Shown piece by piece: positions 57,501 through 64,000 of a stretch of 64,000 bases of DNA; position 1 is the stretch's first letter, and every line of letters begins with the position of its first letter. The notes under the pieces were generated by a model, which made no database searches, was not told the DNA's origin, and worked only from the letters and a program-made list of their open reading frames with translations. The stretch comes from a virus (taxonomy: Duplodnaviria; Caudoviricetes). The DNA is taken from IMG/VR virus record IMGVR_UViG_3300024262_000013. One strand, written 5' to 3'. A program made the translations under genes and the position numbers.

Positions 57501-57702
57501 AGACTCAGTTAACCCTATCTTAGATAGTATTAGGAGAGACAGAGGTTTAATTGACTTTAGAGTTACAGTTTCAGGTACACCTGAAGATTTAGACTCTAAC
57601 ACGTTAACAGGTAAAATTTACTTGAAACCAACAAGAGCACTTGAATTTATTGATATTGAATTTTTGATTACTCCTACAGGAGCATCTTTTGAAGATATTT
57701 AA
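54508..57702 (+). CDS. gp18: contractile tail sheath protein (T4 gp18-like, 1064 aa)
   Basis: N-terminal VSPGVYTSERDLS; C-terminal YYPW, PWFASAGYTRG, LYQGRLNPI, WGNKTL and RINVRRL motifs. Confidence 0.96.
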   Translation: MATSNKVFVSPGVYTSERDLSFVAQSVGVTTLGLVGETISGPAFEPIFITNYDEFQSYFGGTNPTKFVNTQIPKYEAAYIAKSYLQQSNQLFVTRVLGLSGYDAGPSWSITTIGNLDSSGTTATGVLGPFSISFTGVSGTSTSVGVNYSALPISITDVITNPYTTYTGGESSIIRDMDRYLYSEIVNNTTSGETSYFWGAVSASTFNSTTGDTVNQTGALGSVNTNVFNVEDILFESCDLTASVNDPWYYALFTETANVYNGTGFGMGVTSMTNVGLNFQGTAKVYVTSYSGTPYSGYHDVVVATLRSRGIDNYTNDDGPVYEVSGVTDVLLDCTGAYSGISTNPFSTFAVSATTTDGDNFIFQTSFNLSSSNYLSKVFGKSNFAKPKSEVPLFVEEEYYNLLNTGYRLGKVRGLSCDLVDLPSARQDLATNTSIGWYLERYQTPETPYFVSELRGNQVYNMFKVLTISDGNTANREIKVSIMNISFNNGTFDVVVRDFFDTDANPVVLEKFTNCTMDMNQNSFVAKRIGTSNGEFELRSRFIMLEMNEDAPYDSLPCGFRGYQTRQYSGVNSPFLEYKTKYDTPGEVIWNPPFGAATGTDNETRSSGDRVRRTFLGVSNTVGIDSDFLQYKGKQNPTNLGTATDSQPWGYLTKGYHMDSGATVIMISSNYITSGETAFEVGDASFDSEPTEGSPYFRLNARKFTVVPSGGFDGWDIYRQYRTNGDRYQLGAAGFRKGAAPSISYPTATGWGAFKQIVGPDQLTWANTDYYAYLWGQYTFNNPESVNINVFTTPGIDYVNNSNLVESAIDMIEQDRADSIYLCTTPDYQMFTPSLGSFDTDFIYPEEAVDNLVDTGIDSNYTATYYPWILTRDTVNNTQIYLPPTGEVARNLALTDNIAFPWFASAGYTRGLVNSVKARKKLTQEDRDVLYQGRLNPIATFSDVGTVIWGNKTLQVKESALDRINVRRLLLQARKLISAVAVRLLFEQNDEQVRQEFLDSVNPILDSIRRDRGLIDFRVTVSGTPEDLDSNTLTGKIYLKPTRALEFIDIEFLITPTGASFEDI

Positions 57703-57724
57703 TAACTAACTATATTTATAATAA

Positions 57725-57748
57725 AGAGGGGAGTTAATTCTCCCTTCT
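57725..57748 (+). other. GC-rich hairpin between a late motif and a small ORF
   Basis: AGAGGGGAG / CTCCCTTCT (one G-U pair). It follows TATTTATA at 57713 and has no long T-tract, so it may be a terminator or a leader structure. Confidence 0.5.
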
Positions 57749-57778
57749 TAGCCAATTAAAAGTTTAAATAAAAATAAA

Positions 57779-57931
57779 ATGGAATTTAAGAAAAAAATAC
57801 TTAACGAAGCTTTAGACGTAAAGTCTAACGGTAGTAAGTCTTTCTCAGAAAAACCTCAGAATATTGTTATTTCTGAAACTCAACTAGAAAGATTAATAGA
57901 AAAAATTAATAAGAAACCAAATAGAAAATGA
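57779..57931 (+). CDS. 50-aa protein (not in the ORF track)
   Basis: Manual translation gives MEFKKKILNEALDVKSNGSKSFSEKPQNIVISETQLERLIEKINKKPNRK; ATGA overlap with the next gene. Confidence 0.7.
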   Translation: MEFKKKILNEALDVKSNGSKSFSEKPQNIVISETQLERLIEKINKKPNRK

Positions 57932-58779
57932 GTTTAAAGGGAGTCATAAGGGAATTTTTTAGCGAAAGGTTACTACGTGAAGGGTTTGACCCTGAAGGTA
58001 ATCCAGACTTAAAATATTATGCGTTCGACTGGGACGATAACATCGCTACGATGCCGACCCAAATTTTAGTATTAACTGACAATGATGAAGAGGTAGGTAT
58101 GTCTACTGAAGATTTCGCAGATTATCGAAGTATGATAGGTAAAGAGCCTTTTGAATACAAAGGTAAGATGATTGTGGGATACTCTAAGGACCCTTATAAG
58201 AATTTCGGTATACAAGGTGATAACGCATTTATAATTGATTCTATGTTAGCTAAACCAGGTCCATCATGGGGTGATTTTGTTGAAGCGATAAATGGGGGTT
58301 CCATTTTTTCAATAATCACCGCTAGAGGTCACACACCTTCAGTTTTACGTGAAGCTATTTATAATATGATAGTTACTGACCATAATGGTATTAGTAAGGA
58401 ATCTTTAATTGACAACCTTAAAAAATATCGTAATATTACGGGTGACGACAGAGAAAATTACTTCGGTATGATTAACGACTATTTGGACCTTAATAGGTAT
58501 TACCCCGTAACTTACGGTGAAGGTGATGCTGCTGACCCTGAAGAAGGGAAGATTAAAGCTTTACGTGAATTTATCTCTTATGTTAGAGATATAAGTAAGA
58601 AAATTGGTAAAGAAGCCTTTCTTAAAAATGATATAAAAAATAATTTTGTACCAATGATTGGGTTTTCTGATGATGACCCAGGCAATGTAGAAAAAATTAA
58701 AGCCTTTTTAAATAAAGAATATAAAGATAAACCAGTTAAAACATATTTAACTAAAGGAGGAAATAAAAAAGAAGTATAA
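57928..58779 (+). CDS. HAD-superfamily phosphatase with an N-terminal leader
   Basis: AFDWDDNI (motif I), ITARG (motif II) and FSDDD (motif IV); leader MSLKGVIREFFSERLLREG. Confidence 0.75.
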   Translation: MSLKGVIREFFSERLLREGFDPEGNPDLKYYAFDWDDNIATMPTQILVLTDNDEEVGMSTEDFADYRSMIGKEPFEYKGKMIVGYSKDPYKNFGIQGDNAFIIDSMLAKPGPSWGDFVEAINGGSIFSIITARGHTPSVLREAIYNMIVTDHNGISKESLIDNLKKYRNITGDDRENYFGMINDYLDLNRYYPVTYGEGDAADPEEGKIKALREFISYVRDISKKIGKEAFLKNDIKNNFVPMIGFSDDDPGNVEKIKAFLNKEYKDKPVKTYLTKGGNKKEV

Positions 58780-58901
58780 TAATTATTATTATTTTATTTG
58801 CTCTAGTAGATTACTGAAAAAAAAATAAAAGTAAATAGAAAAACTTTTAAACTGGATATTTATAATTAAATAAACTAAAAGAAATATAAAACCAAAATAC
58901 A

Positions 58902-59390
58902 ATGGCAGACTTATTAATGAAAATGCCCGTTCCTTATGAACCAAAAAGAAAGAATAGATTTATCTTATCTTTTCCATCTTCATTGGGGATTAATTCTTGG
59001 TATGTTGAGTCTACATCAAGACCTAACATCCAAATCGGGTCCACAGAAATTCCTTTTCTAAACACATCCACTTACGTGGCAGGTAGATTTACCTGGAACA
59101 CAATAAACGTTACTTTCCGTGACCCAATCGGTCCATCAGCCTCACAAGCTTTAATGGAGTGGGTTAGACTACACTCAGAGTCCGTTACAGGCCGTATGGG
59201 ATACGCAGCAGGTTATAAGAAAGATTTAGACTTAGAGATGTTAGACCCAACAGGGGTAGCAGTTGAGAAATGGATATTACAAGGGACATTCTTAACTGAC
59301 GTTAATTTCGACAGTTTAGGTTATAGTGACGATGCGTTAGCGACAATTACAGCAACATTACGTCCTGATAGATGTATTTTGGTGTACTAA
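58902..59390 (+). CDS. gp19: tail tube protein (T4 gp19-like)
   Basis: 162 aa; AGRFTWNTINVTFRD, LEMLDP and WILQGTFLTDVNF pattern; TATTTATA at 58857. Confidence 0.88.
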   Translation: MADLLMKMPVPYEPKRKNRFILSFPSSLGINSWYVESTSRPNIQIGSTEIPFLNTSTYVAGRFTWNTINVTFRDPIGPSASQALMEWVRLHSESVTGRMGYAAGYKKDLDLEMLDPTGVAVEKWILQGTFLTDVNFDSLGYSDDALATITATLRPDRCILVY

Positions 59391-59431
59391 TAGAAACAAG
59401 TATTGATAATAAAACAATCAATAGTATATTT

Positions 59432-59467
59432 AAAACCATAGAGGTCATTGAACTTCTATGGTTTTTT
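59432..59467 (+). terminator. intrinsic terminator after the tail tube gene
   Basis: 14-bp stem AAAACCATAGAGGT / ACTTCTATGGTTTT followed by a T-tract. Confidence 0.75.
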
Positions 59468-59483
59468 ATTTTAATAAACAATT

Positions 59484-60233
59484 ATGGACCAAGGAAAACA
59501 ATACGGAGAAATGAATATGGACTTACCACATGATGTGGTACCATTACCATCACAAGGTTTATTCTACACAAGTAAGAAAAAATCTCTTAAGGTGGGTTAT
59601 TTAACTGCTCAAGATGAAAATATATTATTATCAAACGCAGGGAATAACAATTTAGTAATGACATTACTGAAGAATAAAATTTATGAGCCGGATTTTAACG
59701 TAAATGAATTACTTGACGGAGATGCGGAAGCTATCTTAATCTTTTTAAGAAATACCGCTTTTGGCTCAGATTATAATTTTAAATTAAAAGACCCTAAGAC
59801 AGGGAAAGATTTTGAGACGACAATCGCTTTAGATGAATTAAATATTATAAAAGCTAAAATAACACCAAATGAAAAAGGGTTATTTGAATTTAACCTACCT
59901 AAATCGGGTGTTAATGTAAAATGTCGACTTTTAAATGTTCAGGACACTAATGAATTATCTGCGTTACCCGACTCATACCCTAATGGAGTAACTGTACCAA
60001 TTGTTACTAAAAGATTAGAAAAACACATTATGTCTATCGATGGTGATGAAAACAGAGAAAAAATATCAACCTTTATAAGTACGCTACCTATTATGGATTC
60101 AAAGTTTATTAGGAACACAATGTCAGATTGTGAACCTAAATTAGACCTTAATAGAACTACTACAGCCCCGTCAGGAGAAAAAGTGAATATGCGTATCACT
60201 TTTGGGGCGGAGTTTTTTCGTCCTTTCTTCTAG
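59484..60233 (+). CDS. baseplate hub/tail assembly chaperone (T4 gp26-like)
   Basis: VPLPSQG, YLTAQDENILL, LIFLRNTAFG and C-terminal EFF; lies between tube and tape measure. Confidence 0.75.
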   Translation: MDQGKQYGEMNMDLPHDVVPLPSQGLFYTSKKKSLKVGYLTAQDENILLSNAGNNNLVMTLLKNKIYEPDFNVNELLDGDAEAILIFLRNTAFGSDYNFKLKDPKTGKDFETTIALDELNIIKAKITPNEKGLFEFNLPKSGVNVKCRLLNVQDTNELSALPDSYPNGVTVPIVTKRLEKHIMSIDGDENREKISTFISTLPIMDSKFIRNTMSDCEPKLDLNRTTTAPSGEKVNMRITFGAEFFRPFF

Positions 60234-60408
60234 TTATAGAAAAGTTCTGCTCGATGAGTTCTACTATCTAAGTAAACATGTAAATATGTCTTACTCGGAC
60301 CTACTTATTATGCCGACATTCGAAAGAAAATTCTTTATTAATAAGTTGTCAACCGAATTCCAAGAAAAAAATGAACAAATAGAGAAACAAAGGCAAAAAT
60401 CTCGTTAA
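60202..60408 (+). CDS. T4 gp51-like short chaperone ORF; no good start, possibly reached by frameshift
   Basis: MSYSDLLIMPTFERKFFI resembles the gp51-type pattern; overlaps gp26 in the +1 frame across TTTTTTC. Confidence 0.65.
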   Translation: MGRSFFVLSSSYRKVLLDEFYYLSKHVNMSYSDLLIMPTFERKFFINKLSTEFQEKNEQIEKQRQKSR

Positions 60409-60433
60409 CTAATATTTATAATAAAAGAAAATT

Positions 60434-62362
60434 ATGTTTGAAGGTGATGGAATAGCTGGAGAGGTTAAATCGATAGAATCGAGTATTAAGTTAGCGGACA
60501 TCTCGCTTACAGCATTTGCGAGAAAATTAAAAGACAGTATCATCGATGTTGGTTCGTTAATTGAAAGGGCTGCTGCGATTCAAACTAAATCTGCCAATAC
60601 GGTTAGAGAAAGTTTAGGACAAACTAGAGCGGTAAGTAATGAGGTTCAAAAAGTTATGGCTGAGTCAGCTAAAAGTACTATGCAAATTGGTATTAGTGCT
60701 GAAAAAAATATTGAATTATTTGCCGCGATAAATAATTCAATGATGAGAAATACGTTTCTCACGGATTCACAAATAACAGGATTTCAAGCGTTAGGTATGA
60801 CCGCTAATATGACGGCAACCGAGTTAGCTACTATGGCTACCTCATTCGATACCTTAGGTTATACCACAGACCAAACACTTGCGATGATGGGAGAAATGAC
60901 CGACCAAGCGAGAGCTTATGGTTTAAACGTTTCCACATTTATGGGTGAGGTTAACAAGAATTTAAAGTTAATGGTCACATATAACTTTAAAGACGGTGTC
61001 GTAGGTCTTTCTAAAATGGTTGCCCAAGCACAAGCCTTAAGAATTGATATGGGTAAGACGGTTAGTTTTGCTGATGAACTAATGTCACCTGAAAAGGCAA
61101 TTGAAACCGCAGCTGGATTCCAAATGTTAGGGGGGTCAATTAGTAAATTAGGAGACCCATTCTCATTATTAAATATGGCTCAAACAGATATGGCGGGACT
61201 ACAAGATAGTCTTGTTGATATGGCAGCGGGGGCAGTTTCATTTAATAAGGAGTCAGGGGAGTTTGATATTCCTGTTACTGAGATGTACCGTCTTAGAGAA
61301 GCCGCAAAATTAGCTGGAATGTCATATCAAGAGTTTGCGGAGATGGGTATGAAAGCGGCTCAAAAGACTGAAAAGTTAAAAATATTAGATAATTTTAATA
61401 CTGTACCTGAAGAGCAAAAAGAACTAATCGCTAATATGGGTAAAATTGGGGCTAATGGTAATTTAGAGATAACTATGCCAGACGGTACGGTTAAAAAAAT
61501 TGGCGAAGGGTTTAATCAATTAATTGCTAGTGATTACACTCAATTAGAAAATATGTTAGATGTTAATAACATGTCAGAAATTGATGTCGCTAAGGAATCT
61601 ATGGGTTATCTTAACCAAATTGAGGCAGCTCAGAAGACTTTAATTAATTTAACAACGTTAAACTTAGTAAAAGGTGGTGGTTTTGATATTTTTGCTGAGA
61701 AAGCTACAGAGGCTCAAAAAATGCTAACTGAAGAGTTTTTAAAACGAGAAGATGAGATAAAGGTTCCTGACAATATTATTAGTGGGATTGGTCAAATACA
61801 AACACAATTAAGTATGGATAGGGAAACAGCTGCCGCGATTACTGAGGCGGTTGTTAATGGTATTAATGAATCCGCTAAAGCCACTAATGAGATTATTCAA
61901 CAACTAATTGATAAAGCTGATGGTGCCGCACTTTTATTATTAATGAAGCAAGGTTGGGGGGAAGTTATTTTAGCTATCGAAAACTTACCTGAGAGTATTT
62001 CGGGAATATTTAAAGAAACTGGAAGTAGAAAAAACCATAGTTTGAATGGTGAAACTCAGATAATCGACCACGAAACTGGGGGTAGAGGTAATCCATCAAT
62101 TAATCACGAAACCGGGGGTAGAGATAATCCATCTATATCTAGTCTTAATTACAGTACTGGTAGTATAGGTGAACCAACAACTATGATGGCGTCTAATTCT
62201 AATGTAAATGTGAGCGGTCAAGTTAACCTCACACTTGAAGGGATACCAACCAACTCAGTATTAGATAAAGATGCATTAGCTAACTTACTAATTAATAATC
62301 CAACCGCAATGGCTACGATTAATTCTCAAATAAATAATACGTTAGGAACTTATAACTCCTAA
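60434..62362 (+). CDS. tape-measure-like protein (642 aa)
   Basis: Ala/Met/Gln-rich helical composition; position after tube and chaperones; TATTTATA at 60413. Confidence 0.7.
   Translation: MFEGDGIAGEVKSIESSIKLADISLTAFARKLKDSIIDVGSLIERAAAIQTKSANTVRESLGQTRAVSNEVQKVMAESAKSTMQIGISAEKNIELFAAINNSMMRNTFLTDSQITGFQALGMTANMTATELATMATSFDTLGYTTDQTLAMMGEMTDQARAYGLNVSTFMGEVNKNLKLMVTYNFKDGVVGLSKMVAQAQALRIDMGKTVSFADELMSPEKAIETAAGFQMLGGSISKLGDPFSLLNMAQTDMAGLQDSLVDMAAGAVSFNKESGEFDIPVTEMYRLREAAKLAGMSYQEFAEMGMKAAQKTEKLKILDNFNTVPEEQKELIANMGKIGANGNLEITMPDGTVKKIGEGFNQLIASDYTQLENMLDVNNMSEIDVAKESMGYLNQIEAAQKTLINLTTLNLVKGGGFDIFAEKATEAQKMLTEEFLKREDEIKVPDNIISGIGQIQTQLSMDRETAAAITEAVVNGINESAKATNEIIQQLIDKADGAALLLLMKQGWGEVILAIENLPESISGIFKETGSRKNHSLNGETQIIDHETGGRGNPSINHETGGRDNPSISSLNYSTGSIGEPTTMMASNSNVNVSGQVNLTLEGIPTNSVLDKDALANLLINNPTAMATINSQINNTLGTYNS
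62069..62136 (+). repeat. 36-nt tandem duplication in the tape-measure C-terminus
   Basis: Encodes HETGGRGNPSIN / HETGGRDNPSI. Confidence 0.85.
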
Positions 62363-62459
62363 TCGTTATAAAATAATGTTGGTGGCTTGAGATAATTCTA
62401 CTCGTTTAGATTACGCAAAATTATGTTACCATCTATTTATCTAAAAAGAATATATATAG

Positions 62460-64000
62460 ATGCAGAGCCCGTTATCATTTGATTCAACTGAGAACTTTAG
62501 AAAAAAGTTATTAGTTAAAAATTTACAACCATACAATAGTGATGGCTTTAGACCGGCTAGTCAGCCAGGTCAAAGTGAAATCATTATTAATGACACCGCA
62601 GTTATTGATACCCAAGAGGTTGAAGTTATAGGTCAAAGCGAGGGTACTTATGCTTATGTTAAAAACCAATATGGTCCTGAAGGAGGTTTTGGTGTACCTA
62701 AATCTATTGAAGATGTTACGTTTATTAATTCAGTTACAAGTTTTAGTAATACCTTAAACCTTGATATGGGACAAGGAATACCCGCATTGGTCGGTAAAAG
62801 TCCTTACAATACATTTATTGCTTCATCATATAATCCATTCACTCTATTAACTAGTCAGAATCCACAAGGAAATAATGGTTCATTATCTCAGGATTCAGAT
62901 TTAGCGAGAATAGCTGCCGAATCACTTAAATCTGAGTTTCAGTATAGAGTCGCTCAAGAAACCTACCAACAAACAATAGGTAGGGTAAATGCCATTGACG
63001 CATTATCTGACCCATTTGATTTATTAGCTATAGTTACAGGTAACAAATCAGTCATCGAGAGAGATTGGAAAATTTCAGTACCTAAAAGTTTAATTGGTAA
63101 AGGGTTAGACTTTATAAGTCGTATTAGTGGAATTTACTCACCATACTCATGGATACCCGGAGATTACTTTAGTTCGGAACCAAAACAAATGTACTTAAAT
63201 CAGATAGCTAACCAAGTTACTGGTCTATTTGATAAGAGAGGTATATTAAAACTACCAACTGAAAAAACAGGGATGCAAATATTCTTGGATAACACAGGTG
63301 GGGGTCAACGGTCAAGACTATTTCACGGACTTAGATTAAATCGTTATATTCCTGATTATAATAGAAATTTCTTAACCGATTTATTTACTAAAGTACCTAA
63401 ACAAAATTATTATGTAGGTAGTTCACAACAAGAAATGAGGGATATTGTTGCCCCCGCTGAGTCATTGCCGTTAGACAGAGATGGTAATAAGACTCAATCG
63501 CCGGTTTATGGTTATGATGAAATTGCAAAAATATATGAGAATGAAAAGAGGGATAACATATATCAATTTGGTCTAAATCAAACTTCAACATACGATAGTG
63601 GTGGGTTACAAGGTGGGTTTACGTGGGTATCTCCTAAATATCAAGAAAGAGCAGGACAAAAAGTTGGTAAAGGTGCCGAGTTTTATGGTACCATTGATAC
63701 AGATTGGAACGAACAAGGGGTTCAAAATACTTTTACTGCAACACAATCTGTTGATGGTTCAGGTAATTATGAGTACACAACAGGCTCAATATTAGATAAT
63801 ACTCAAAAATTAATTAACGCTGCGGATGATGTTGTTGGTGTTAGAAAATTACAACATGTTGGTAATGCTATTGACCAAATATCTAAAGTTTTTCATGACG
63901 GCACTAGAGAATTAACTAAAGGTTCAAGAGTAATAGCATATAAAGATATTGCAGGCGATATTGTAGGTCAAGAATATTGTCGAGTTTTTACTAAAGACAC
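62460..64000 (+). CDS. 3'-truncated large virion (baseplate/tail) protein, not in the ORF track
   Basis: ATG at 62460 (MQSPLSFDSTENFRKKLL...), open to the window end by manual translation; TATTTAT at 62434. Confidence 0.8.
   Translation, partial: MQSPLSFDSTENFRKKLLVKNLQPYNSDGFRPASQPGQSEIIINDTAVIDTQEVEVIGQSEGTYAYVKNQYGPEGGFGVPKSIEDVTFINSVTSFSNTLNLDMGQGIPALVGKSPYNTFIASSYNPFTLLTSQNPQGNNGSLSQDSDLARIAAESLKSEFQYRVAQETYQQTIGRVNAIDALSDPFDLLAIVTGNKSVIERDWKISVPKSLIGKGLDFISRISGIYSPYSWIPGDYFSSEPKQMYLNQIANQVTGLFDKRGILKLPTEKTGMQIFLDNTGGGQRSRLFHGLRLNRYIPDYNRNFLTDLFTKVPKQNYYVGSSQQEMRDIVAPAESLPLDRDGNKTQSPVYGYDEIAKIYENEKRDNIYQFGLNQTSTYDSGGLQGGFTWVSPKYQERAGQKVGKGAEFYGTIDTDWNEQGVQNTFTATQSVDGSGNYEYTTGSILDNTQKLINAADDVVGVRKLQHVGNAIDQISKVFHDGTRELTKGSRVIAYKDIAGDIVGQEYCRVFTKD

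Noticed and set aside
1789-63795. Numerous 60-160 aa track ORFs nested in or antisense to long genes (e.g. 1789..2100, 8556..8867, 27888..28364, 48899..49264, 57228..57602, 63397..63591)
   Set aside because: They are fully overlapped by well-supported genes, have biased composition and show no recognisable motifs.
1-64000. Stop-codon reassignment (code 15 or code 4), known in some huge phages
   Set aside because: Core genes are full length in code 11. TAG ends genes at 8227, 54222 and 60233, and TGA at 6095 and 57931, with sensible protein ends and dense gene packing.
1-64000. Eukaryotic giant virus (NCLDV) origin suggested by polB, SNF2, gmd/fcl and SOD
   Set aside because: T4-like terminase, portal, HK97-fold capsid, contractile sheath and tube, plus bS21 and bacterial promoters, identify a tailed bacteriophage.
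1-64000. tRNA/rRNA genes, CRISPR array, integrase or transposase
   Set aside because: Intergenic gaps are short, and I saw no cloverleaf, repeat-spacer array or recombinase motif. A tRNAscan-SE/Infernal run would be needed to exclude small RNAs formally.

Overview
This window is a contiguous piece of a large, AT-rich, lytic T4-like myovirus genome (huge/jumbo phage), read in standard genetic code 11. No tRNA, rRNA, CRISPR array, integrase or transposase was seen. It holds the core virion modules: terminase, portal, prohead protease, scaffold, major capsid protein, neck, tail terminator, sheath, tube, baseplate spike and hub chaperones, and a tape-measure-like gene. It also encodes a family-B DNA polymerase, an SNF2 helicase, a gp55-like late sigma factor and ribosomal protein bS21. 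A ~16 kb nucleotide-sugar and glycosyltransferase locus (22.5-38.8 kb) contains Gmd, Fcl, a short NDP-sugar dehydrogenase, a DegT aminotransferase, a GNAT-GT fusion, and sulfotransferase-like, GT-D-like and fucosyltransferase-like genes. A Bacteroidota host is inferred from the Flavobacteriia-like bS21, a DUF4494-like gene, a perfect TTTG-N20-TAnnTTTG promoter before the polymerase and the absence of Shine-Dalgarno sequences. The strongest leads are: (i) an apparently self-contained phage glycosylation system, with candidate [ST]-G-x-[ST]-rich virion targets; (ii) late genes with short leaders ending in [ILV]-x-E that look like prohead-protease-processed capsid cargo, including an Mn/Fe-SOD fused to a PD-(D/E)xK-like domain; (iii) a TATTTAT(A) late-gene motif that is the reverse complement of the T4 late promoter; and (iv) a candidate +1 frameshift joining the gp26-like and gp51-like chaperones just upstream of the tape measure gene. 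All family assignments come from motif recognition by eye; no database search was run.
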